Made by a program: the position numbers and the translations under genes | NCBI GenBank assembly: GCA_027319565.1 | Contig: DAHVNA010000009.1 | Location: 1 to 53,396, forward strand | Origin: Elusimicrobiota bacterium | Lineage (GTDB): Bacteria; Elusimicrobiota; Elusimicrobia; UBA1565; UBA9628 | Direction of reading: 5' to 3' | Length of the DNA stretch: 53,396 nt | Shown: positions 9,343 to 18,778 of the stretch, piece after piece | Layout: every line of letters starts with the position of its first letter | Position numbering within the stretch: position 1 is the first letter of the stretch | The notes under the pieces: generated by a model | What the model was told of the DNA's origin: nothing | The model's database searches: none | Seen by the model: only the letters and a program-made list of their open reading frames with translations

Positions 9343-10710
9343 ATGACAAAAAACCGATCTATTAAAAAAGCCGCGTCTCTTTTTATTTTGTCTTTAGCCG
9401 GACTGAGCCTGATTCCACGCCTATCACTCGCGCAAGATGAAACCACAACCCCGCAATCAAGCGCTCCGGCCAGCGCCCCAAGCGCTTCTCCCGCCCCGTT
9501 AAAATCAAAAAATAAAGAGCGCAAGAAAAAGCCCCGGCGCAAACACAAAAAGAGTCCTTCAACTTCAAACGCCTCCGCCCCAAATTCCAGCAAAACTCTT
9601 GATAGAGAAGCGGAATGGAAATTTCTCAGCTCCGAACCTCTTCCACGCAACAAGAAAGAGGCTGCCGGACTCGCCAAAGCCATGAGCTTTTTTATCGCCG
9701 CCAACCCGTCTTTCCCCAAAGCGCCCAAAGCCTGGATGCTTTTAGCCTCCTTTCATCAAGCGGCCAAACACAACAAAAAAGCCCTGATGGATTACCTGTC
9801 TCTCATTTACGAATATCCCACTTCTTCCGAAGCTTTGGAAGCGCAATCTAATTTTCTGACCTTGGCCAAAAAAACATTGGGGCGACATTTAAAACCGGGA
9901 TGGCAAAATCTCGCGAGCCCACCGCAGGGGATGAACAAAGAAGAGCGCCTGGCCGCGATGCTTGAAAACATTCCTTTATATACGGGAGGCTCGCTTAGAA
10001 AAGTAGCCGAACGGGAATTCCGGCGTTTCGAGGTGCGCTTTCCCCTCTATCCCCACTCTGACGATATTTTAATGCGCTTAGCGCAACTTTTCGAGGCTGA
10101 CTCTCAACGGCACAAAGCCATTATCTTTTTCCGGGAAGTTTTTTCCGCCTACCCTGAAAGCCTCCATGCCCCCAAAGCTGAATTCGAGGCGGCGGCTCTC
10201 TATACAAAGGTCGGAGAATATAAAAACGCGATCGGGACCTATCAAAAACTGATTGCCGATTATCCTCAAAGCGATCGGGTACAGCCCGCTTTGGAAGCGC
10301 TCAGCGCCCTTTTCTCCAAACTGGATCAATGGACCCTGGCGATCAAAACCGATCAACAGATCATTAAACTTTATCCCAACACCCCCGTTTCCAAAAAAGC
10401 TTTCAAAAACGCGATTAAGGGATCGGCCGAAATGTCTGATTTCTCCGGCGAGGTTTCTTTCCTGGTCGCTTTTGCCGACGCCTTCTCGCAAAGCCGAGAG
10501 GCGCCTATTTTCCTTTATAAGGCCGCCGGGCTCTGCTACGAAAAAACGCGGGATCCCGCGCGCGCCGAACAGCTTTATCAAAGATATCTCACCTATCCCG
10601 GACATTGGTATGACCCGGCTTCTTGGTGGAGACGGCACCGCGCACGGCACCGCCTGAGCGTCTTGTCTCCTCTTGAAAATCAAGGAAGCGCTCCTGCAAC
10701 TAATTCATGA
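9343..10710 (+). CDS. Exported tetratricopeptide-repeat protein (BamD/YfiO-like repeats)
   Basis: Signal peptide ending ...SLA-QD; repeated helical units ending in YP/FP (IYEYPTS, FSAYPES, IADYPQS, IKLYPNT). Confidence 0.8.
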   Translation: MTKNRSIKKAASLFILSLAGLSLIPRLSLAQDETTTPQSSAPASAPSASPAPLKSKNKERKKKPRRKHKKSPSTSNASAPNSSKTLDREAEWKFLSSEPLPRNKKEAAGLAKAMSFFIAANPSFPKAPKAWMLLASFHQAAKHNKKALMDYLSLIYEYPTSSEALEAQSNFLTLAKKTLGRHLKPGWQNLASPPQGMNKEERLAAMLENIPLYTGGSLRKVAEREFRRFEVRFPLYPHSDDILMRLAQLFEADSQRHKAIIFFREVFSAYPESLHAPKAEFEAAALYTKVGEYKNAIGTYQKLIADYPQSDRVQPALEALSALFSKLDQWTLAIKTDQQIIKLYPNTPVSKKAFKNAIKGSAEMSDFSGEVSFLVAFADAFSQSREAPIFLYKAAGLCYEKTRDPARAEQLYQRYLTYPGHWYDPASWWRRHRARHRLSVLSPLENQGSAPATNS

Positions 10711-11696
10711 AACCTTTCTTTTTTAGGATAGCGCCGCCTCTTTTATTGGCGTTACTGATTCCTTTCCGTTCAAGCGCCGACGTTCAAATTAGCGAGGAAT
10801 ATCAAAATAGCGGTTTTATGGGAATCGGAGCCAGCAGAGGAAAAACCATCCAGAAAATCAAAGGAAACGATTCTTCTATCGATTCCGTGCAGGATTTTTC
10901 CGGCGGCATGATGGGGCTGATCGGCGGCGCGCAAAGCGGGCCCAAGCGAAAAATAGATCTCATTCGGCTTGATGACCAAAAAAGATGGATTCTTAATCCC
11001 GAGAAAAAGACCTATACCGAAGTCCCGCTTGAGGCTAAAACCCCTAAGGAGCCGAATATGTCCCATATTCCGGTCCGGCTGAAAGGGACTTCATTTAAGA
11101 TGGCCCCCTCAAAGACTCGCAAAATCATCCACGGTTTTAAGACCCGCCTTTATAACGCCGAATTTATTATGAAATTGGAGAATACCGAAAACAAGCAAGT
11201 TTCCACTTTCAAGGTTAAGCTCAAGATTTGGGTCGCGCCCTGGACTCTCACTTTGAGAAAAGCCCATCGGGAAATCGAAGCCTTTAATTCCAAATATCTC
11301 AAGGCCGCCGGGACGGGCTCCGTTGGCCTGGGCGCTCAACCCCTGGGTCTTGAAATGCTCAAATCCATGACCCACTCCAGCGGAACGGCGTTGACCAAGG
11401 GAATCACCGAGTTTAGAAAAAAGATGTCGGAGATACCGGGCTTTCCAATTGAGATGGAAAGTAACTGGTATGTTTCTCTTCCGAAACAACAATCCCAAAA
11501 CCCCGCGGCCTTAGAAGGACTTAAATCCGCCAATTTGCCGGAGGCGACAAAAAATCTCCTGACTGGACTTTTAGACGCCGCAAACCCAAACGGCGCCACG
11601 CCGCTTATTTCCATGACCAGCAGCGTTTCCTCAATTAAGCTCGCGCCGCTATCGGAAAAAAACTTTCAGATTCCCCAGGGATATCGGCGCAAATAA
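10707..11696 (+). CDS. Exported hypothetical protein, DUF4412-like
   Basis: Signal peptide; LIRLDDQKRWILNPEKKTYTE, KIIHGFKT, PGFPIE and C-terminal FQIPQGYRRK; ATGA overlap with the upstream gene. Confidence 0.7.
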   Translation: MKPFFFRIAPPLLLALLIPFRSSADVQISEEYQNSGFMGIGASRGKTIQKIKGNDSSIDSVQDFSGGMMGLIGGAQSGPKRKIDLIRLDDQKRWILNPEKKTYTEVPLEAKTPKEPNMSHIPVRLKGTSFKMAPSKTRKIIHGFKTRLYNAEFIMKLENTENKQVSTFKVKLKIWVAPWTLTLRKAHREIEAFNSKYLKAAGTGSVGLGAQPLGLEMLKSMTHSSGTALTKGITEFRKKMSEIPGFPIEMESNWYVSLPKQQSQNPAALEGLKSANLPEATKNLLTGLLDAANPNGATPLISMTSSVSSIKLAPLSEKNFQIPQGYRRK

Positions 11697-11708
11697 AGAC
11701 GGAAAAGC

Positions 11709-13031
11709 TTATCTGAGCGCCAACGTTTTTAATTGAGAATATTCCTCCATGGCATAGCGCACGCCTTCCCGCCCAATTCCGGAACTTCTATTGCCTCCGT
11801 AAGGCATCGCGTCCGAGCGAAAAGCCGGGATATCATTGACAATCACCCCGCCATATGGAAGTTCATTCCAAGCGCGATGGGCCAATCTCAAATCATTGGT
11901 GAAGATTCCGGCCTGAAGCCCATAAGAGCCTTCGGACATTTTTTTAAGGGCTTCATCCGAATTTGCAACTCGTTCGATAGTGGCGACAGGCCCAAAAACT
12001 TCCTCGCAACTGAGTTTGCAATTTTGAGGCGCATTCTCAATGAGTGTCGGCATAAAAATCCCATCCCGGCTTTTGCCCCCGCACAAAACCCGCGCGCCTT
12101 GATTAACCGCCTCTGAAATCCAATCTTCCACTCGCTGTTCCGATTTTTGATCGATCAAGGGGCCGATATCGGTGTTTTCATCTTTGGGATCTCCCAACTT
12201 GAGAGCCGCTATTTCTTTAAGAAGCAAATCTTTAAAGGCCTCATAACAAGCATCTGCGACTAAAATTCTCTGAACCGAAATACACACCTGACCGCTATAG
12301 TAAAAAGCTCCCCACGCCGCTCTTTGAGCCGCAAAAGCCAAATCGGCGTTTTGATCAATAAAAAGAGGCGCGGTTCCGCCCAGTTCTAAAACCACGTGTT
12401 TTTTCCCGGACAAGGCTTTTAATCTCCATCCCACTGGCGCGCTGCCGGTAAAAGAAAGAATGGCAAACAAATCGCTTTGGACCAGGCGCTCGGCCGTCTC
12501 ATTTGAACACGGCAAAACCGCAGCCGAGCCTTTGGGCCAACCCGACTCAAAGATAATCTCCATCAATTTTTGGGCGGTTTTCGGAGACTGCGGCGCGGGC
12601 TTCAGCACAAAGGGAATTCCCAAGGCCATGGCCGGCGCCACCTTGTGCGCGACCAGGTTAAGCGGGAAATTAAACGGCGAGATCAAAAGCGCCGGCCCCC
12701 GGGGAAAGCGGCGCGTTAAAGCCAAGCGGCCTATATTGGGCTTGTCCAAATCCAAGGGCAAGACCTCTCCGCCAAAGCGCTTGACTTCCTCAGATGCCCA
12801 ATTAAAAGTAAAAACCGCGCGAGAAACCTCCCGGCGCGCTTCTTTTAAGGGTTTTTTAACTTCCTCACAAATCAGACGCGCGAAATCCTCGAAGTTCTCC
12901 TGTATTTTGGCCGAAACTTTTTGCAATATCTCGGCTCTCCGATAAGACGGCAAGACCCTCGTCTCGCTAAAAGTTTCCGACACCTTTCTTGCCGCTTCCA
13001 ACGCCGTATCGATCTCTTGAGTTTTATCCAT
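11709..13031 (-). CDS. NAD(P)-dependent aldehyde dehydrogenase
   Basis: ISPFNFPLNLVAHK, LKPA, FTGS, LELGG, GQVCIS catalytic Cys, EEVFGP, SGIGREG. Alternative GTG start at 13043. Confidence 0.93.
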   Translation of the reverse strand: MDKTQEIDTALEAARKVSETFSETRVLPSYRRAEILQKVSAKIQENFEDFARLICEEVKKPLKEARREVSRAVFTFNWASEEVKRFGGEVLPLDLDKPNIGRLALTRRFPRGPALLISPFNFPLNLVAHKVAPAMALGIPFVLKPAPQSPKTAQKLMEIIFESGWPKGSAAVLPCSNETAERLVQSDLFAILSFTGSAPVGWRLKALSGKKHVVLELGGTAPLFIDQNADLAFAAQRAAWGAFYYSGQVCISVQRILVADACYEAFKDLLLKEIAALKLGDPKDENTDIGPLIDQKSEQRVEDWISEAVNQGARVLCGGKSRDGIFMPTLIENAPQNCKLSCEEVFGPVATIERVANSDEALKKMSEGSYGLQAGIFTNDLRLAHRAWNELPYGGVIVNDIPAFRSDAMPYGGNRSSGIGREGVRYAMEEYSQLKTLALR

Positions 13032-13068
13032 GGAACATTCCACCCCTTTTCTGCATTATAGCGCATCA

Positions 13069-13098
13069 TTGACAGCTGCTAGGCGTAATTTATAGCTT
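13069..13098 (+). promoter_or_regulatory. Sigma70-type promoter (TTGACA-18-TAGCTT) for response regulator-fixC-fixX
   Basis: Perfect -35 TTGACA at 13069-13074 and TANNNT at 13093-13098, 6 nt before the ATG. Confidence 0.6.
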
Positions 13099-13104
13099 AG
13101 AAAC

Positions 13105-13479
13105 ATGGAAAAGAAAGTTCTTATTATTGACGATGAGCCGGAAATGCTTAAAATGATCTCTTATGCTCTTGAAAAGGCGGGGTTTAAGACCGCGACTTGC
13201 GACAGCGGAAAACAAGCGCTGTCTGCCATATCCACGCATAAGCCGGATCTTCTGATTTTAGACGTCATGCTTCCGGGTATCGACGGATATTCTCTGGGCC
13301 AACAAATCTCGGAAAACCCGGAAACTAAAAACATTCCCATCATTATCTTGACAGCGCTTGAGCCCTCTAAACCGCTCTTCCAGAAATTCTCTCAAGTCGT
13401 TTCTTTTATGACCAAGCCCTGCGATGTCGAGGCCTTGGTCTCTCAAGTACAAAAATCGGTCGGACACGCGACGGCATAG
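13105..13479 (+). CDS. Single-domain response regulator (receiver only)
   Basis: VLIIDDE, LILDVMLPGIDG, IILTA, FMTKP. Confidence 0.93.
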   Translation: MEKKVLIIDDEPEMLKMISYALEKAGFKTATCDSGKQALSAISTHKPDLLILDVMLPGIDGYSLGQQISENPETKNIPIIILTALEPSKPLFQKFSQVVSFMTKPCDVEALVSQVQKSVGHATA

Positions 13480-13481
13480 CC

Positions 13482-14777
13482 ATGGCCGACGAATATGACG
13501 CGCTCGTAGTCGGGGCTGGCCCGGCGGGGCTTTCTGCCGCGATCACGATGGCCCGCGCGGGCCTTAAAGTCGTTGTTCTGGAACGCGGAGAATATCCGGG
13601 AGCCAAAAACGTTCAAGGGGCCGTTCTCTATTCTAAGATGCTCCATGAAATCGTTCCTAATTTCTGGAAAGAAGAAAACGCGCCGATCGAGCGTCCGGTC
13701 GTCGAGCAAAAACTCTGCATCACCACCGAGGATTCCTGGGTCACGACCGGATACCGCTCGCTTAAATTTCTCGATGGAATTCCCAATTGTTATACCATCA
13801 TTCGCGTCAAATTCGACCGCTGGTACGCCCAAAAAGCGGAAGAAGCGGGAGCCGAGGTTTTTTGCGGGGTCACCGTTAAAGACGTCATCAAGGAAAACGG
13901 AAAAATTCTCGGAATCAAAACCTCGGAGGGAGACGAGCTTCGGGCTTCGGTCATCATCGCGGCCGACGGGGTTAATTCCATGATCGCGCAAAAAGCGGGT
14001 TTTATCGACGAACTCAAGCCCGCGGAAGTGGCCCTGGGCGCCAAGGAAGTCATCGCGCTTGACCCCAAAATCATCGAGGATCGCTTTCAACTCAATCCCG
14101 GAGAAGGGTCGACCATGGAAATGTTCGGCTCGACGACCTTGGGCATGATGGGATACGTTTTTCTCTACACCAATAAAGAAAGCGTCTCTCTGGGGGTCGG
14201 CTGCAAATTTTCGGATTACCAAAAGAAAAACATTCGCCCCTCCGACCATCTCGAATACGTAAAAACCCATCCCTTGATTAAAAAATTGATATCCGGCGGA
14301 AAGACCTTGGAATACTCCGCTCACTTAATTCCGGAAGGCGGGCTTAAATCCATGCCTCCCCTGGCCTCGGACGGGTTCTTGGTCGCGGGAGATGCCGCGC
14401 AGATGACCAACCCCGCTTACCGCGAAGGTTCCAATCTCGCGATGACCTCAGGAAAACTGGCGGGAGAAACCGTCATCGAGGCCAAAAAGAAAAACGACTT
14501 TTCCAAAAGCTCTCTTTCTTCTTACGTTCGAAAATTAAAAGACAGCTATGTTCTCAAGGACATGGAAGAAGTCAAGGATTTGGAAGACGCGGTCGAAAAA
14601 AGCCCAGGCTTTCTTGAGTTTTACCCAAAACTCGCCTGCGACTTGGCTCATTTACGTTTTTCCGCCGATGGGCGGCCCAAAAAAGGCCATATCAAAGAAG
14701 CTCTTCAATTAATCGGGAAGCGCGGGTTTTTCCGCATCGCCAAGGATCTTTGGCCGCTGAGAAAGGTGGGAATCTAA
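13482..14777 (+). CDS. fixC: FixC-family ETF-quinone oxidoreductase flavoprotein
   Basis: VVGAGPAG, ERGEYPGAKN, AADGVNS, EYSAHLIPEGG, AGDAA, EGSNLA; followed by fixX. Confidence 0.9.
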   Translation: MADEYDALVVGAGPAGLSAAITMARAGLKVVVLERGEYPGAKNVQGAVLYSKMLHEIVPNFWKEENAPIERPVVEQKLCITTEDSWVTTGYRSLKFLDGIPNCYTIIRVKFDRWYAQKAEEAGAEVFCGVTVKDVIKENGKILGIKTSEGDELRASVIIAADGVNSMIAQKAGFIDELKPAEVALGAKEVIALDPKIIEDRFQLNPGEGSTMEMFGSTTLGMMGYVFLYTNKESVSLGVGCKFSDYQKKNIRPSDHLEYVKTHPLIKKLISGGKTLEYSAHLIPEGGLKSMPPLASDGFLVAGDAAQMTNPAYREGSNLAMTSGKLAGETVIEAKKKNDFSKSSLSSYVRKLKDSYVLKDMEEVKDLEDAVEKSPGFLEFYPKLACDLAHLRFSADGRPKKGHIKEALQLIGKRGFFRIAKDLWPLRKVGI

Positions 14778-15100
14778 TGGAAGAAAATAAGCTTGCCGCC
14801 GCCGTCAAGGAAACGACCGAAGCTAAACTCGGAACCCTGGAATGGAAAAAATCTCCTAACGCCCATATCCATCTAAAAGACTCTTCCGCGAATTCTCCCT
14901 GCGCCAATCAGTGCAAGGACAAAACCTGCGTCACGGTATGTCCGGCCAAGGTCTATGAATGGCATGAAGAAAAAAAATCCGTCGTCGTCAATTATGAAAA
15001 CTGCATCGAGTGCGGCGGATGCCGGATGCTATGCCCCTTTGACAATATCGTCTGCGATTGGCCGGAAGGCGGTATGGGCGTAAAGTATAAATACGGTTGA
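14777..15100 (+). CDS. fixX: FixX-type ferredoxin
   Basis: CVTVCPAKVYE, YENCIECGGCRMLCP, WPEGGMGVKYKYG; TAATG overlap with fixC. Confidence 0.9.
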   Translation: MEENKLAAAVKETTEAKLGTLEWKKSPNAHIHLKDSSANSPCANQCKDKTCVTVCPAKVYEWHEEKKSVVVNYENCIECGGCRMLCPFDNIVCDWPEGGMGVKYKYG

Positions 15101-15107
15101 TGATCCG

Positions 15108-17534
15108 TTAGTTAAGCCCTAAGCGCCCCAGTTCCGACTGATACAAATACCCAAAATGCCAGGGGCCGACGATTTCAGGAAAGCGCTTTGGCATTTTGGC
15201 CTCTAAATTCTTGCCGATTCTTCGCCAGGAAGCGCCACGCTCCAGCCAATCCAAGGCGGAAAACAAAACTTCGTTATCAACCCGGTAATATCCGGTTCCC
15301 TCATTGGCCAAGACGACGCACTTAGGACACGCCTTTTTAATCTCCGTAATCTGATCGACCGAACGGCAAGAACCCAAAAAAACCAGTTTCGGCTTATTGC
15401 CCGCATAGCTTTTCAATAAATCCGGCGTCGTCGCGGTAAACCAAGGCTCACCCCGCATCGCCATCCACTGGGATCCGGAAACGCGGCTTTTAAGATGGAC
15501 GGATTTTTCCCATTGTCTCCATTCCTCGCTGGTTCGGTGAACCCAGCGAAATCCTTCTTGTCCACGGGGCGGACCGATGAGTTCCATCCGAACAAAACCG
15601 CGTTTTAAGACAATTTTAGGACCGGTCTCAATGACCTTGTAGCCGCGAACAAGGGCTTCCTTCAAGAAATCCCTAAATTGCCGGTATTGATCAAAGGCGA
15701 TAAAACCTTTCATTTGCCGGCGGCTCTTCCCGAAAATAAGATCGGGGTTAATCGCGGGGGAACGCGCAAAATTGCCGGGCAAGGTGACCGAAGAGTTAAC
15801 GAGACTTTTCTCTTGCTCGGTCAAACGATTGCCGTAATAATCGCGAAGGGCCGACAAAAGAGCGTCCAAGCGTTTTGAGTCAATGCCCGTTGAATGCCTT
15901 TTCTGGCGGACCAAGCCCAAGATAAAGGCAAAGCGGTCTTTTTGAGGCCAAGAAGACAACGCTCCGTCGCAAAAAGCGCCTATTCGTACGGCATCCCAGC
16001 CGCCATGGGCGCCATCGGAACCAGGGGGAAACACATAGGAAGAAAGCTCCATGGCCAATGAAGGATTTTTCTCAAGAAGCGGGGTCAATAAATCCATCTC
16101 GGAAAGCCTCAGGAAAAAATTTCTCGTCTCGGCCTTGTTTGGGTCCTCGGTATTGAGCCAATCGAGAAACCCTTCTTTCTTTCCATTTATTTTTTTCTCA
16201 ATATTAGCGAGTGCCGCCGTTCCCACATCATGAGCATGAATGGGGCTAATCGCCAAAATCGCATAAAGCGCGTCCGAGTTAGTCAAGGAATCAAAAAGAC
16301 GCTTCTGATCATCAGAGCTAGACTCAAACAATAAGTGGGACTGTTCGACCATATACCCTAAAACGCTTTGGGCCTGATATTTAAGAGAATGAGCTTGGGA
16401 ATTGGAATTTTGAGTGGATAAAACCTTCGCGAAAACAGCCACCTCGCTCATCATCCGGGCCGCCTGCGGGTCCAAGGAAAAAGAGACGCTGGACTTAAGC
16501 CCTAAACGCTCTAGAAATAAAGACAGGCCCAGGTCGTGTCCTTGTTCTTGGGCTTTATTTAACCGGATAAAATCCGCGCGCAAAATATTTAAAGCGACCT
16601 CTAGCGATTCTCCTCGGTCTGATTTTGAATCGATCGCTTTAGAGACCATGCCTAAGGCCGCGCTTAAAGAGCGCGAGTCCCGGCTGCGGTTTAAGGCCGT
16701 CAGAATTTTACCTCTGACATAATCGTCTTTTTCCTTTTGGAACAAATCCCAAAGATCATCGACCGCTTCAGGGCCGCCCAAGGCTCCCAACCAATGAACA
16801 GCAGAAGCGCGCACCCAGCGAGAGGAGTCGGTGTTTGCGATTTTATTGAGTTTAGGCAAGGACGAAAATCCGGAAAGCCCTAAAATACGAACGCCATTGA
16901 TTCGTTCAAATTCATTGGGGCTTTTCAGCTCCGTTTGGAGGAAGGGAAAAATCGCGGGTGCGGGATTAGCCTGGCCTGGCGCCAAAGGCCCTCCCGCCGA
17001 AGGCGGCAAAGAGGAGCCGTCAAAAAGCCAAGCCCAAGAATTATTTCCGGAGGACAAAGAAGAACGAATTCGGCTGATGACGCGATTATCCAGGCGAACA
17101 GCGATTAAGGAACGTAATATTTCGGGATGGGACGCCAAATATTTTTGGGCCGATTTTTGGGACGATTGGGAAAGTTTTAAGCGGCTGACAAGAGATGCCG
17201 CCGAAGAGGAATTAAAGTTTTTTAAGTTGTCGATAATTTGGCGGAGTTCGCCGCCTCTGGCATATTGAAGAGGCTTGATGACGGAAAAATTCTTTAAATC
17301 CAGATGAATAAAGGCTCCGCCTTTAATTCCAATTCCATAGGCTTTGAGAAGCTCAAAATGAGATCCCGTCAGTCCCGCGATTTCTTGGCCCAATTGTCCA
17401 TCCACGAAATGAGGCCTCTCAAAGGCGATTTCATGAGCTAGAGTTGAACTGTTCGCCGAATTGGAGCGCAAAACAGAAGCGGCAAAGAGAGGAGACAAAA
17501 GAAAAGCGAAAAGAAAGCGAAATTCAATAGGCAT
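15108..17534 (-). CDS. Large exported hypothetical protein with HEAT/PBS-lyase-like repeats
   Basis: Signal peptide; WVRASAVHWLGALGGPEAVDDL and DYVRGKILTALNR repeats; C-terminal alpha/beta region with VFLGSCRS. Confidence 0.7.
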   Translation of the reverse strand: MPIEFRFLFAFLLSPLFAASVLRSNSANSSTLAHEIAFERPHFVDGQLGQEIAGLTGSHFELLKAYGIGIKGGAFIHLDLKNFSVIKPLQYARGGELRQIIDNLKNFNSSSAASLVSRLKLSQSSQKSAQKYLASHPEILRSLIAVRLDNRVISRIRSSLSSGNNSWAWLFDGSSLPPSAGGPLAPGQANPAPAIFPFLQTELKSPNEFERINGVRILGLSGFSSLPKLNKIANTDSSRWVRASAVHWLGALGGPEAVDDLWDLFQKEKDDYVRGKILTALNRSRDSRSLSAALGMVSKAIDSKSDRGESLEVALNILRADFIRLNKAQEQGHDLGLSLFLERLGLKSSVSFSLDPQAARMMSEVAVFAKVLSTQNSNSQAHSLKYQAQSVLGYMVEQSHLLFESSSDDQKRLFDSLTNSDALYAILAISPIHAHDVGTAALANIEKKINGKKEGFLDWLNTEDPNKAETRNFFLRLSEMDLLTPLLEKNPSLAMELSSYVFPPGSDGAHGGWDAVRIGAFCDGALSSWPQKDRFAFILGLVRQKRHSTGIDSKRLDALLSALRDYYGNRLTEQEKSLVNSSVTLPGNFARSPAINPDLIFGKSRRQMKGFIAFDQYRQFRDFLKEALVRGYKVIETGPKIVLKRGFVRMELIGPPRGQEGFRWVHRTSEEWRQWEKSVHLKSRVSGSQWMAMRGEPWFTATTPDLLKSYAGNKPKLVFLGSCRSVDQITEIKKACPKCVVLANEGTGYYRVDNEVLFSALDWLERGASWRRIGKNLEAKMPKRFPEIVGPWHFGYLYQSELGRLGLN

Positions 17535-17553
17535 AATGACAAAGCCTATTGTA

Positions 17554-18747
17554 TCAATTTATCGACGGCAGTGCCGCCAGTATCATCAATGCGGACAGAA
17601 CCGTCAGCAAACAAGAGCCAGATTTAGAATCTGAATTTAAAGGAATTTTGACTGTAAACACGCTTCCGCCGCCCGGACGATTATCTCCGGAAATAATCCC
17701 TCCAAGCACCTCAACGGCTATTTTGCAAAAGGCTAGCCCAATTCCAGCGCCGCCAATTCCACGGGAAGCCCCTTGAGAGAAGGAAGCATATTTTTTGAAA
17801 AGATTTTCCTTGACTGATTCGCTGAGCCCCGGACCGCGGTCTAAAACCGAAAAAACCGCCATTTTATCGGTCTGTTCACCGCGAATTTCGATAACTCCGC
17901 CTTTAGGAGAAAACTTGACGGCATTAGAAACTAAATTGACCAATATCCGCAAAAACAGATTTTGGTCTGTCTCTAATTTCAATCCAGGTTCGAAATCGTG
18001 GTTAATCTTCACCTGCCGCCTCAAGCAAACCCCTTCAAACAGCGTCTCTATTTTCTTGATGATATCAGGCAGAGAAACCTGTTGAATATGAACTTGAAGA
18101 CCCTTTTCTTCATAGCGGGAAATATCAAGAAAATTATTTAACATCAAAAGCATATAATTGGCAGACTCCCCAGCATGGGCAAGCAGTTGAGAAGCCCTTT
18201 CATCGGCGACAAGCCCGCGAGAATTAATAATATCCAAACTCCCCTTAATTGAAGCCAGCGGCACCTTTAAATCATGAATCGTCGCATCCAACATATCTTG
18301 CTGGACCCGGGAAATAATTTCCTCGTTGATTTCCTTTTCAACTTCCTTAGACCGGCTGGTTTTGGAAGGATTTTGAAGCGGAAGATGGATGTTGACGCGG
18401 GCTAATAACTCTTCGATGATGAAAGGTTTTTGGATGTAATCCTGAGCGCCAGCTTTAAAGGCCTCGAGCTTGCTTTCAAGATCGCCCCGAGCCGTCAAGA
18501 CGATAAAGGGAACAGGGTTGCCTTTGGAACGAAGATATCTAAGCGCATCCAAACCGCTTCCATCAGGCAAGCCTATGTCGCTAATGACCAGATCGGGCTG
18601 AGAGGATCCCAACAACTCTAGCGCCTTGCGTAGAGAATCCGCCGAGAGAACCGAAATATGCGCGTAGGTAAGCGCTCTTTCAAGCAAACTGAGCGTTTCC
18701 GGGTCATCTTCAACAATAACGACAAGACCAGCGGAATCCACTGCCAT
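17554..18747 (-). CDS. Hybrid response regulator / histidine kinase (REC-HisKA-HATPase)
   Basis: IVEDD, ISDIGLPDGSG, GAQDYIQKPF; HDLKVPL H-box; NLVSNAVKFS, DRGPG, GAGIGLAFC. Confidence 0.92.
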   Translation of the reverse strand: MAVDSAGLVVIVEDDPETLSLLERALTYAHISVLSADSLRKALELLGSSQPDLVISDIGLPDGSGLDALRYLRSKGNPVPFIVLTARGDLESKLEAFKAGAQDYIQKPFIIEELLARVNIHLPLQNPSKTSRSKEVEKEINEEIISRVQQDMLDATIHDLKVPLASIKGSLDIINSRGLVADERASQLLAHAGESANYMLLMLNNFLDISRYEEKGLQVHIQQVSLPDIIKKIETLFEGVCLRRQVKINHDFEPGLKLETDQNLFLRILVNLVSNAVKFSPKGGVIEIRGEQTDKMAVFSVLDRGPGLSESVKENLFKKYASFSQGASRGIGGAGIGLAFCKIAVEVLGGIISGDNRPGGGSVFTVKIPLNSDSKSGSCLLTVLSALMILAALPSIN

Positions 18748-18778
18748 GTTTCCCTCAACGTCTATTGAATCGACGGTT

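Noticed and set aside
13443..14324. Long antisense ORFs (e.g. 13443-14324, 26760-27455, 18746-19363, 10078-10683)
   Set aside because: They are shadows of well-conserved genes on the opposite strand and contain no recognisable motifs.
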